Source: Candidatus Pacearchaeota archaeon
GTDB lineage: Archaea; Nanobdellota; Nanobdellia; Pacearchaeales; GW2011-AR1
Assembly: GCA_017608405.1 (NCBI GenBank)
Contig: JAFCFX010000001.1
Span: 7,667-71,666 of the forward strand
DNA: 64,000 nucleotides
Direction of reading: 5' to 3'
Each line of letters begins with the position of its first letter. Within the stretch, counting starts at the first letter, position 1. The notes below the pieces were generated by a model. The model was not told where the DNA came from, ran no database searches, and was given only the letters and a program-made list of their open reading frames with translations. The translations under genes and the position numbers were made by a program. Shown here piece by piece: positions 18,861 to 27,495 of the stretch.

Positions 18861-18950
18861 TTTTTTATTTTTTGGGCCAGAGATTTTTTCTACCAAAACT
18901 TTTTAAACAAGCGATTCGTTTTTATTTTAATTAAAAAGAGAGGTGCAAAG

Positions 18951-19136
18951 ATGGTAAGACTTAAGACACCAAAACAAATTACAGCGAAGATAAAGAGTTT
19001 GAGTAAGCAGGTTAAGGTGCTTGAAAAGAGGAAGAAAAAAATGGCTGACGCTGCAAAGAAAAAGAAAAAAAAGAAACCTGTGAAGAAGAAAAAAGCTGCA
19101 AAGAAAAAAGCCAAGAAAAGGAAGAAGAGAAGATAA
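18951..19136 (+). CDS. Small lysine-rich basic protein (61 aa), possible nucleic-acid-binding/H1-like
   Basis: AGAGGTG lies 6 nt upstream of the ATG. More than half the residues are K/R (KKKKKKKPVKKKKAAKKKAKKRKKRR). Composition resembles the TFE tail at 30.9-31.2 kb. Confidence 0.35.
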   Translation: MVRLKTPKQITAKIKSLSKQVKVLEKRKKKMADAAKKKKKKKPVKKKKAAKKKAKKRKKRR

Positions 19137-19216
19137 GCAAAATATTTTTTATTTTTGAATTTTTTTAGTTAGGGCTTTGTGATAATGTTTTTAAACTATT
19201 TCTTTTTATTATTACT

Positions 19217-19585
19217 ATGCCTGATGATTGTATTTTTTGTAAGATAGCAAGTGGAGAAACCCCTACAGAAAAAATTATTGATGAAGATAATTTTTTTTCT
19301 ATTTTGAATAAGGATCCCCAATTAGAGGGGCATTCACTAATTATTTCAAAAAAACATTTTGAGACTGTTTTAGATATGCCTAATAGTTTAGGTCCTGAAT
19401 TTTTAGATTGTGCTAAAAAGACCGCCTCGAAGTTAATGGAAAAATATAATGCAGAAGGATTTAATTTAGCAAATAATATTTTTGAAGTAGCAGGTCAAAG
19501 TATTAAACATTTTCATTTTCATATTTTACCAAGAAAGAAAGGTGATGGGTATTCTTTAGCTTTGGGTGGAAAAGGTTCTCTTTAG
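19217..19585 (+). CDS. HIT-family (histidine triad) nucleotide hydrolase
   Basis: CIFCKI N-terminus and HFHFHILPR (HxHxHxx) triad; 122 aa. Confidence 0.8.
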   Translation: MPDDCIFCKIASGETPTEKIIDEDNFFSILNKDPQLEGHSLIISKKHFETVLDMPNSLGPEFLDCAKKTASKLMEKYNAEGFNLANNIFEVAGQSIKHFHFHILPRKKGDGYSLALGGKGSL

Positions 19586-19653
19586 AAAATGTTGTTACTT
19601 TTATGTTAATACAACACCCCAATATTTAAAAAGGATTCTTTCTAGGAGGGATT

Positions 19654-19989
19654 ATGTTAGGGCAAAATAAAGGTAATCCAACTAAAAAGATTATCCAAAC
19701 AGGGGCTTATTGTTTAGTTAGTGGTGTTTGTTTATATTTTGCTAACGAGATGAGTTCTACAGTAAAAGATATCTTAGTCCAGAATAACATGACAATAAAG
19801 GATGTTTTTTTTAATCCTGAAGCCCCTATTACTGCTCCAATGTTGAAGGGTGCGGGTAGTTTTTGTGCAGGAATTATTCCAACAATAAGGTCAGGAATAA
19901 GTTTAGTAGATATTGCTCGTGGGGAATTTAGAACTAGACAAATGGAAACCTATTGGGATGATAGTATTGATTGGGCATTAAAAGATTGA
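19654..19989 (+). CDS. Hypothetical protein
   Basis: 111-aa ORF with no recognisable motif. Confidence 0.3.
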   Translation: MLGQNKGNPTKKIIQTGAYCLVSGVCLYFANEMSSTVKDILVQNNMTIKDVFFNPEAPITAPMLKGAGSFCAGIIPTIRSGISLVDIARGEFRTRQMETYWDDSIDWALKD

Positions 19990-20045
19990 TTATTTGATAT
20001 ACTTTTTCTTAATAAGATCCCTTGCAATATTATCTATTTATTATT

Positions 20046-20147
20046 ATGTCTCTGAGGGGATTTTGGCTCAGAACAAGTTCTGGCCTGCGTTTTGATAAAT
20101 CAAAACACAAACCAAGGTTAAAATCATAATGTCTCTGAGGGGATTTT
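20046..20147 (-). repeat. 19-nt direct repeat of the tRNA-CAU 3' end (20046-20064 and 20129-20147) bracketing a 64-nt two-hairpin module
   Basis: ATGTCTCTGAGGGGATTTT occurs twice. Between the copies (tRNA orientation) are hairpins GTTTTGA/TCAAAAC and GGCCAGAA..TTCTGAGCC, the same architecture as the module downstream of tRNA-Val. Confidence 0.6.
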
Positions 20148-20259
20148 AACCCCCGACCTCTGCCTTTCTCAGTCAACACTGGAATCAAAGATTCCGTGAA
20201 TGTGTTTGAATAAATTCAAACCCATGAGAGCAGCGCTCTAAACCCTGAGCTACAGAGAC
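20130..20259 (-). tRNA. tRNA-Met or tRNA-Ile2 (anticodon CAU) with an intron of about 56 nt
   Basis: Minus strand reads GTCTCTG-TA-GCTC-AGGGTTTA-GAGC-G-CTGCT-CTCATG, then an intron of about 56 nt with two hairpins (GTTTGAAT/ATTCAAAC and GGAATC/GATTCC), then GGCAG-AGGTC-GGGGG-TTAAAAT-CCCCT-CAGAGAC-A. The anticodon stem lacks the GGG/CCC initiator signature, so this is an elongator Met or agmatidine-type Ile2. Confidence 0.7.
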
Positions 20260-20311
20260 CTATTTACAAGAATTAATTCATTTAAAAGTTTTAAGGTATA
20301 TAGAAAACTGT

Positions 20312-20521
20312 TTATTTTGCTAAGGGAATCTTGGGTTGACTTTCTTTTTCTTGTTTTTTTAATCTGGATAAAAAGCCAGCTAATTGATTTCTGATTTTTT
20401 TACTTGGCATTGTTTTCCCAAGTGTTTTTTTATTTTTTTCAAAATCTTCACTAAACTTAACATCTTTTTCTAAGAGTTTGCTTGCTGATTTTTTTACTGT
20501 CTTTGATTTTATTTTTCCCAT
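20312..20521 (-). CDS. rps17e: Ribosomal protein S17e (eS17)
   Basis: MGKIKSKTVKKSASKLLEKDVKFSEDFEKNKK...SKKIRNQLAGF matches the eS17 pattern (MG.IR...K..A..L...Y...F..DF..NK...SKK.RN.IAGY). Confidence 0.75.
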   Translation of the reverse strand: MGKIKSKTVKKSASKLLEKDVKFSEDFEKNKKTLGKTMPSKKIRNQLAGFLSRLKKQEKESQPKIPLAK

Positions 20522-20555
20522 GATAGAAAGGGGAGTTGGGGATTTTTAAAGGTTT

Positions 20556-21431
20556 TTATTTAATTTTTTCAAGTCCAGAAAGATCTTTTATTGCATGAAT
20601 GAAATTTTGTATTTTTTTTGTTGGTTCTCCTAGACTTAAGATTGTATAGGGAAGATTTATCTCAGATGCTCTTTTATGGGCTTTGATTATATCTGCCTCA
20701 GTTATTCTTTTTTTATTATATGCTACAAGAAGTTCTTCCCTTTGATTTTGTCTAACTTTTAATATTAATTCATTTTTACTAAATCCTTCAATACCTGCTA
20801 TTTCAATTGACTTTTCTTCTAAAAAATCTTTTACTTTATTAAAGAATTTTTCATTTGTTTTTTGTGTTGGTGTTTTTCTTTTAAGTGGCTTTTTTTTAGA
20901 CGCGTCGAAGATATCTAATTTTTTTTCAAATACTTTGCTCTTTTGGTCTTTTTCAATTTTTAACTTAGTTGCCATTGGTACTTCTAATTTTTGAGAAAAA
21001 GTTTGTTTTATTTTAAGTTCTGATTCTGGGACTGTTAAATATCTCCAATAAATTTCTTGATTTTTTTTAAAAGGGATTGCAAAGTCTTTAAGTGATCTCA
21101 AGGCCACTCTTATTGCAGGTTGTTGTTTTGTATCTTTTAGAAATTTTTTTTCTTTTAACAATACAAATGCTTCTTTTTCCTTAGTCTTAAGATGCTGTGC
21201 AAAATTTGCGATTAAAGGTTCTTGTCCTGGAATAAAATAAATTGGAGAGTTCCCCACTTTCATATGACTTATTTTAATCTTTTGATCTGAAATTAATTCT
21301 GATAAAAATGCCCCTGCAAAGAGCATACTTAATCCTATTCTTTGTGCAACATGAACTGGTAAGCTTGGGCCTCTTTGTCTAAGGATAATTAATATTTTTT
21401 CTTTTATTTCAGACGGATCTTGAACAGGCAT
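20556..21431 (-). CDS. Hypothetical protein with N-terminal winged-helix domain (291 aa)
   Basis: EIKEKILIILRQRGPSLPVHVAQRIGLSMLFAGAFLSELISDQKIK looks like a wHTH. There is no zinc ribbon or ATPase motif, and the family is not recognised. Confidence 0.5.
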   Translation of the reverse strand: MPVQDPSEIKEKILIILRQRGPSLPVHVAQRIGLSMLFAGAFLSELISDQKIKISHMKVGNSPIYFIPGQEPLIANFAQHLKTKEKEAFVLLKEKKFLKDTKQQPAIRVALRSLKDFAIPFKKNQEIYWRYLTVPESELKIKQTFSQKLEVPMATKLKIEKDQKSKVFEKKLDIFDASKKKPLKRKTPTQKTNEKFFNKVKDFLEEKSIEIAGIEGFSKNELILKVRQNQREELLVAYNKKRITEADIIKAHKRASEINLPYTILSLGEPTKKIQNFIHAIKDLSGLEKIK

Positions 21432-21478
21432 AAATCGATTAAAGAATTAAGGATTATAAATATTTTTATGGCTTTGAG

Positions 21479-21793
21479 TTAGAATAAAGAAGAAGATATT
21501 AGGGCTATTATGTTTAGAATTATTAATGAGTTTAGAATTTTAAGTGTTTTTACTCTTTTTTTTATGCTTTCATTTATGTTGTATTTGTTTGAAAAAGTTG
21601 TTTTAAATATGGGATTTGCAGCAAATAATGTTAGATTGGTTATTTTATGAGTGAACTTGGTAGGGTTTAATTCATGGTATAAGCTTGGAGATTTATTTTT
21701 GATATCGCTCATTATGCTATTCAAATATAGGTATCTAATTATTGCTAGAACCATTAAGGTAACTGCTAGTATTATTGTAAGGTAGAGATTCAT
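21479..21793 (-). CDS. Hypothetical membrane protein
   Basis: 104 aa, hydrophobic N- and C-terminal segments; 4-nt overlap with endA. Confidence 0.35.
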   Translation of the reverse strand: MNLYLTIILAVTLMVLAIIRYLYLNSIMSDIKNKSPSLYHELNPTKFTHKITNLTLFAANPIFKTTFSNKYNINESIKKRVKTLKILNSLIILNIIALISSSLF

Positions 21794-22329
21794 GGCCTAA
21801 CCCAACCTACCTCATAATAACTAACATCTCCTTCTTCATCAAGAATTGCTAGTAAAAGTTTCTTTTTTGTGGAATGTGCAACACGATTTTTTGCACTGAA
21901 TTCGTGCCAGGTCAATCTTTTTGATTCGTGATCTGCAAATACAATCCATTTTGCATGTATTTTTCCTGGTTTTTTTCCTTTGTCATAGACTCTGAAATCT
22001 GCTCCAAATTTTAAGGCTGTTTTTACAATATATCCTTTTTCTCTTAAATTTTTAAACACAGGATATTTTAATTGGATTCTTTTATCTATTCTTTTGAATT
22101 TGTTTAATAGTTCTTTTTTTTCAATTTTTTTGTTTCTCGAGTAGATTTCTATTTTGTTTTTTTCAACTAAGAATAAAGCTTCTGATAAGGTATATTGAAT
22201 TTTTTCCCCAATACGTTCCCCAAAGCAAGATTTTTTGCACAAATTATGAGCTTCACTAGTATTGCTGGATACAATCTGTCCAATAATGTGTGCTTGTATT
22301 TTTTCCATGTTTTGAATACGAGAGGACAA
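21790..22329 (-). CDS. endA: tRNA-splicing endonuclease (EndA), short homotetramer-type
   Basis: 179 aa. The C-terminal catalytic domain KTALKFGADFRVYDKGKKPGKIHAKWIVF carries the conserved G.DFRVY ... H.K motif. This is consistent with the four intron-bearing tRNAs in this window. Confidence 0.8.
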   Translation of the reverse strand: MSSRIQNMEKIQAHIIGQIVSSNTSEAHNLCKKSCFGERIGEKIQYTLSEALFLVEKNKIEIYSRNKKIEKKELLNKFKRIDKRIQLKYPVFKNLREKGYIVKTALKFGADFRVYDKGKKPGKIHAKWIVFADHESKRLTWHEFSAKNRVAHSTKKKLLLAILDEEGDVSYYEVGWVRP

Positions 22330-22360
22330 TATTTAAAAGTTCCTAAGTGATTGTTTTTAT

Positions 22361-24808
22361 ATGAAACATAATTTTAAAAGCATAGAGAAAAAATACCAAA
22401 AGAAGTGGGAATCTAAAAAAATATTTGTAGCTAGACAAGGTAAAGCTAAAGGTAAGAAGTTTTATGTTCTTGAAATGTATCCCTACCCCTCAGGAAGTGG
22501 GCTTCATATGGGACATGCTTTTAATTACATTGTTAGTGATGTTCTTGCAAGAATGAAAAGAATGCAGGGATTTAATGTACTCTATCCTGTTGGTTATGAT
22601 TCTTTAGGATTGCCTGCTGAAAATGCTGCAATAAAGAAAGGAATTCATCCTAAAAAACATACTGAAAAAGCGATTATTAATTTTATGAAACAACAAAAAG
22701 AATTGGGTTTGAGTTATGATTGGACTCGGCTTTTAGCAACTCATGATTCTGGTTATTATAAATGGGATCAATGGATTTTTCTTAAGATGTTTGAAAAAGG
22801 TTTAGCTTATAGAAAAAAATCAAGTGTTAATTATTGTAAAAAATGTAAAACTGTTTTAGCAAATGAACAAGTTCATAATGGAAAGTGTTGGAGACATCCA
22901 GATACTAGTGTTGAAATAAAACAATTAGAACAATGGTTTTTCAAGACTACAAAATATGCTGATGAGCTTTATCAAGGAATTGATAAACTAAGGAATTGGC
23001 CTGAGAGAATAAAATCTATGCAAAAAAACTGGATTGGTAAAAGCCATGGAACTGAAATTAATTTTAAGATAAATAATGAAGATTGGAAAATTTTTACAAC
23101 ACGTCCAGATACTGTTTTTGGTGTGACTTTTATGGTTGTTAGTGCACAACATCCAAAGCTTTTTGATTTAGTTACTGAGAAGCAAAAAAAACAAGTTGAG
23201 AAATTTTTAAAGAAAATAAAGTCAACATCTCAAGAAGATGCTGATAAACTAGATAAAGAAGGGGTATTTACAGGAGCATATGCTACTAATCCCCTAACTA
23301 AAGAAAAAATTCCTGTTTGGGTCGGAAATTTTGTTGTTGCTGATTATGGTAGTGGTATGGTTATGGCTGTTCCAGGTCATGACCAGAGAGATTATGAATT
23401 TGCTAAAAAATATAAATTAAAAATTAAACAAGTTGTTGAAAGTAAAGTTAAAGATTTTGCTTATGAGGGTGATGGAAAGCTGGTCAATTCTCCTGGTTTT
23501 AATGGATTAGATAATATTAAGGCAAAAGAAAAAATAACTAAATTTTTATTAAAGAAAAAGCTTGGAAAAAAAGCAGTTAAGTTTAAACTTAGAGATTGGT
23601 TAGTGAGTAGACAGAGATATTGGGGGACTCCAATTCCCATTGTTTATTGTGATAAATGCGGGATTGTGGCTGTGGATGAAAAAGATTTGCCTGTAAAACT
23701 TCCTGAAAAAGTTAAGTTTGGAAAAGGAAATCCTTTGGAAACTGCAAAATCTTGGGTAAATACAAAATGTCCAAAATGTAATTCAAAAGCTAGGCGTGAA
23801 ACAGACACAATGGATACTTTTGTTAATTCTTCATGGTATTTTTTAAGATATCTTGATGTTAAAAATAAGTCAAAGATTTTTGATGTGAAAAAAGCAAAAT
23901 ACTGGATGCCTATTGACCAATATATTGGGGGCGCAGAACACGCTTGTATGCATTTAATTTATTTTAGATTTTATACAAAATTTTTAAGGGATTTGGGTTT
24001 ACTAAAAATAGATGAACCAACTTATAATTTATTTAATCAAGGAATGCTCCATGGAAAAGATGGTTATGTTATGAGTAAGTCAAGGGGAAATGTTGTATTG
24101 CCAGAAAAAATATCAAAAAAATATGGTATTGATACTGCCAGGTTGTTTTTAATGAGTATAGCGACCCCAGATAAAGATATTGCCTGGAGCGACAAGGGAA
24201 TTGAAGGAAGTTTTAGATTTATTAATAAAGTAATGGATTATTTTCAAGAAGTTAAAATAGTAAAAAATCCCGATGCTAGGACAGAGAGCAAGTTGAATAA
24301 AACAATTATTGAAGTTACAGATTATATTTCTGAGTTTAAATATAATTTAGCTATAATTAAAATCAGGGAATTATTTAATTCACTTCCAAAGTCAATTAGC
24401 AAGGATGTTTTAGAAAACAGTTTAAAATTACTTAGTGTTTTTTGTCCACATATTACTGAAGAACTTTGGGGAAAAATTAGATCTAAAGGTTTTATTTCTT
24501 TGAGTAATTGGCCTAAGTTTGATAAAAAGAAAATAAATCTTAAATTTGAAAAACAAGATCAAGCAGTTGAAAAGATAGTTTCAGATATTATGAATATTTT
24601 AAAGATAATTAAAGCTAGAAAAGAAAAAAGAGATAAGGTTTTTGTTTATGTGATCCCAAATGAAAAAGAGCTTTATGATGAATCTGAGATAAGTAATAGA
24701 GTTAAAAAATTAGTTAGGATATTTGCAGTTAATGATAAGAATAAATATGATCCAACAAATAAATCTAAGAATACAAAGCCCTATCGTCCTAGCATTTATT
24801 TGGAGTAG
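22361..24808 (+). CDS. leuS: Leucyl-tRNA synthetase (archaeal/eukaryotic type)
   Basis: YPYPSGSGLHMGHAFNY (HIGH region) and KMSKSRGNVV (KMSKS); 815 aa. Confidence 0.85.
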   Translation: MKHNFKSIEKKYQKKWESKKIFVARQGKAKGKKFYVLEMYPYPSGSGLHMGHAFNYIVSDVLARMKRMQGFNVLYPVGYDSLGLPAENAAIKKGIHPKKHTEKAIINFMKQQKELGLSYDWTRLLATHDSGYYKWDQWIFLKMFEKGLAYRKKSSVNYCKKCKTVLANEQVHNGKCWRHPDTSVEIKQLEQWFFKTTKYADELYQGIDKLRNWPERIKSMQKNWIGKSHGTEINFKINNEDWKIFTTRPDTVFGVTFMVVSAQHPKLFDLVTEKQKKQVEKFLKKIKSTSQEDADKLDKEGVFTGAYATNPLTKEKIPVWVGNFVVADYGSGMVMAVPGHDQRDYEFAKKYKLKIKQVVESKVKDFAYEGDGKLVNSPGFNGLDNIKAKEKITKFLLKKKLGKKAVKFKLRDWLVSRQRYWGTPIPIVYCDKCGIVAVDEKDLPVKLPEKVKFGKGNPLETAKSWVNTKCPKCNSKARRETDTMDTFVNSSWYFLRYLDVKNKSKIFDVKKAKYWMPIDQYIGGAEHACMHLIYFRFYTKFLRDLGLLKIDEPTYNLFNQGMLHGKDGYVMSKSRGNVVLPEKISKKYGIDTARLFLMSIATPDKDIAWSDKGIEGSFRFINKVMDYFQEVKIVKNPDARTESKLNKTIIEVTDYISEFKYNLAIIKIRELFNSLPKSISKDVLENSLKLLSVFCPHITEELWGKIRSKGFISLSNWPKFDKKKINLKFEKQDQAVEKIVSDIMNILKIIKARKEKRDKVFVYVIPNEKELYDESEISNRVKKLVRIFAVNDKNKYDPTNKSKNTKPYRPSIYLE

Positions 24809-24873
24809 GATTAATTGTGTATTCACTTGAAAAAAGTAGTAAGGCTTATATATTTTGGAGGTTTTGGATTAAC

Positions 24874-26445
24874 ATGGTTAAGAAGAATTTATTTTTATTT
24901 TTGGCAGTGTTTTTTTTAATAGCAAATTTGCAATTTGCCTTTGCAATTGAAGGTAAGAGGGCGATTTTGAAAGAAGATAGATTGACTATTGATGAAATAA
25001 ATCAATTAATTAAGGAAAAAGGGGCTAGTTGGATTGCTAGGGAAAACCCTGTTTATAATCTTCCTGATGAAGAAAGAAAGAAAATGTATGGTTTAGAAAT
25101 TACTGCAGAAGATTTTATGAAAATCTTTGGAGATGAAGAAAGATTAATTGAAAGTAGTGGAGATCTTCCTGAATATTTTGATTGGACAGACTATCATGGA
25201 CAAAATTATATGACTCTTGTAAGAAATCAAGCTGCTTGCGGGGGGTGTTGGGCTTTTAGCACAATTGCAGCTTTAGAAGGAAATGCAAATGTTTTCTATA
25301 ATGATCCTAGTTTAGATTTAGATATGTCTGAACAAGATTTAATTTCTTGTTATATGGGGGACGGTTGTGATGGAGCTAATGAGGAAGAGATTGAATATGG
25401 ATTTAGTAATTATCTTAGAAATACAGGGGTTGCAACAGAATCTTGTTTTAGATTTACTGCTACTAACGATTTTTGCTCAAACAAGTGTGTTGATTGGCAA
25501 GATGATGCTTGGAAAATTTTAGGATATCGAGATGTAACCTTGAGTATGGATGCTATAAAACAAGCAATTATGGATTATGGTCCTGTTGCAGTTGGAATGA
25601 TTGTTTATGAGGATTTTCCTGCATATTCTGAAGGAATATATTCACATACAACAGAAGAAATTGAAGGATATCATTCTGTTGCTCTTGTTGGTTTTGGTGA
25701 GGAAAATGGAGTAAAATATTGGATTGCTAAAAATAGTTGGGCATATTGGTGGGGAGAGAGTGGATATTTTAGAATAAAAATGGGAGATTCAGAAATTGAT
25801 TCTTGGTTTGCTTTTGCAGTAACTCAACCAGATCCTCCTGAACCCCAAACTGTTCTTTGTACAGATGCAGATGCAGATGGTTATTGTTATTGGGGGATAG
25901 GAGATAAGCCTGGGACAGGTTGTCCTGCTTGTAATGATACTGTATTTGATTGTGATGATTCTGATCCTATGATGTTTGAAGGTTGTGGATTTTATCCTGC
26001 AGGACCAGGACTCTTAAATATAAGTTCAGATCCAACAAGTGCTAGGATTTATATTAAGAATTTATTGACTGGAGAATGGAATTATGTGAGCCAAACACCT
26101 TTTTTGTATTTATTAGATTCTGGTGAAAGAGAAATAAACCTTACTAAGTGGGGATATTATGATTATCTCACTACTATTTTAATTGAAGAAGATCTTACAA
26201 CTGATTTATTTGTTGTTTTAGAAAGAGAACCTTGTGGAGATGTTAATAATGATACTAAAATTAATATTTTAGATATTGTTTATTTGATTAATTATATTTA
26301 TAAGGAAGGGCCCGATCCAATTTGTTCTCCTATTGAAATGTGCGCAGATATAAATAATTATGGGGGGATAGATATCTTGGATGTTGTTTATTTGATAAAT
26401 TATGTTTATAAGGGGGGAGGTCCTCCTTGCGGTATCCCTGAATAA
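24874..26445 (+). CDS. Secreted papain-family (C1) cysteine peptidase with C-terminal dockerin-like module
   Basis: Start is supported by GGAGGT upstream of ATG 24874 and a signal peptide (MVKKNLFLFLAVFFLIANLQFAFA). Catalytic QAACGGCWAFS (QxxCGSCWAF), HSVALVGF and NSW are present. The C-terminus has two dockerin-type Ca-binding segments: GDVNNDTKINILDIVYLINYIYK and ADINNYGGIDILDVVYLINYVYK. Confidence 0.8.
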   Translation: MVKKNLFLFLAVFFLIANLQFAFAIEGKRAILKEDRLTIDEINQLIKEKGASWIARENPVYNLPDEERKKMYGLEITAEDFMKIFGDEERLIESSGDLPEYFDWTDYHGQNYMTLVRNQAACGGCWAFSTIAALEGNANVFYNDPSLDLDMSEQDLISCYMGDGCDGANEEEIEYGFSNYLRNTGVATESCFRFTATNDFCSNKCVDWQDDAWKILGYRDVTLSMDAIKQAIMDYGPVAVGMIVYEDFPAYSEGIYSHTTEEIEGYHSVALVGFGEENGVKYWIAKNSWAYWWGESGYFRIKMGDSEIDSWFAFAVTQPDPPEPQTVLCTDADADGYCYWGIGDKPGTGCPACNDTVFDCDDSDPMMFEGCGFYPAGPGLLNISSDPTSARIYIKNLLTGEWNYVSQTPFLYLLDSGEREINLTKWGYYDYLTTILIEEDLTTDLFVVLEREPCGDVNNDTKINILDIVYLINYIYKEGPDPICSPIEMCADINNYGGIDILDVVYLINYVYKGGGPPCGIPE

Positions 26446-26474
26446 TTGGATACTTTTTTATAATTGTTTTAGTT

Positions 26475-27494
26475 TTGTTATCTATGGAAAAGTGGGTGAT
26501 AGTTTCAGCAGTGAGTATTCTTTTGTTCCTTGTTGTGGGGGGCATTTGGATGTTTCAACCTTTTTGGAAACTTTTTACTTGTGGAGATGGAACACTTTAT
26601 GGAACCTGCTCTTCAAGACAACCTTATTTTTGCGGTCAGGGGTTTCTTGTAGAAAATGCCTCTTTTTGTGGATGTCCTGAAATCTTAACTTTAGAAGAAA
26701 ATTCTTGTATTTCTGATTATCAAACAAAACCAAGGAAAACTCTTTTGAAATATATTTTAAGAGGCAAAGAAAATTATATTGATTTTACTGCTTATGGGGG
26801 CCTAGTTGATTATTTATTAGATCTTTCTCCAAATGTTGTTTTTGATGAGCAAGGAGAAGTTTCTTTTAGAGATTTGAAAATTAGAAATATTAATCTCGTG
26901 GAACAAGAATATTTGATTTTACCTTTAGTCACACAAATACAAAATCTTGTTCATGATAAAACAGATCAGATGAGGATTGCTATTAGTTTGGTTCAACATA
27001 TTCCCTATAATGAGTCTGAGAAGATTGTTAGGGTAAGGAATCAAAATTTTAATTATTCTAGATATGCTTATGAGGTTCTTTATGAATCACAAGCTGCTTG
27101 TGGAGGCAAGTCAGAGCTTTTGGCTTTTTTATTAAAAGAAATTGGTTATGGTGTTGTTTTGTTTTATTATCCTGTTGAAGATCATATTGCTGTTGGAGTG
27201 AAATGTCCTCTGGAATATAGTTTAGATAATAGTGGATATTGTTTTATTGAAACTACAGGACCAGCAATAATTACAAATAATCAAAATTACTATATTGGTT
27301 GGGGTAAGCTTAGTCCTAATCCTGAAATAATTTCAATTTCTGAAGGATATTCTTTAGATGATGATTTATATGAATATGATGATGCTGACAAAAGAATTAA
27401 GATTTCTGCAGTCATTGAAGAAAAAGGAGAGATTAATTGGTTTCAGAGTAAAGAATTGAGTAAATTAAAACAAAAATATGGTTTAGAGTTTTAG
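26475..27494 (+). CDS. Membrane-anchored transglutaminase-like (Cys-His-Asp papain-fold) protein
   Basis: N-terminal TM then Cys-rich CGDGTLYGTCSS. Core YESQAACGGKSELLAFLLKEIGYGVVLFYYPVEDHIAVGV matches the transglutaminase-like C...H arrangement. Confidence 0.55.
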   Translation: MLSMEKWVIVSAVSILLFLVVGGIWMFQPFWKLFTCGDGTLYGTCSSRQPYFCGQGFLVENASFCGCPEILTLEENSCISDYQTKPRKTLLKYILRGKENYIDFTAYGGLVDYLLDLSPNVVFDEQGEVSFRDLKIRNINLVEQEYLILPLVTQIQNLVHDKTDQMRIAISLVQHIPYNESEKIVRVRNQNFNYSRYAYEVLYESQAACGGKSELLAFLLKEIGYGVVLFYYPVEDHIAVGVKCPLEYSLDNSGYCFIETTGPAIITNNQNYYIGWGKLSPNPEIISISEGYSLDDDLYEYDDADKRIKISAVIEEKGEINWFQSKELSKLKQKYGLEF

Positions 27495-27495
27495 A

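Noticed and set aside
18890-19114. 74-aa minus-strand poly-Phe ORF
   Set aside because: It is the antisense shadow of the Lys-rich small protein gene, which has an SD site; the plus-strand gene is preferred.
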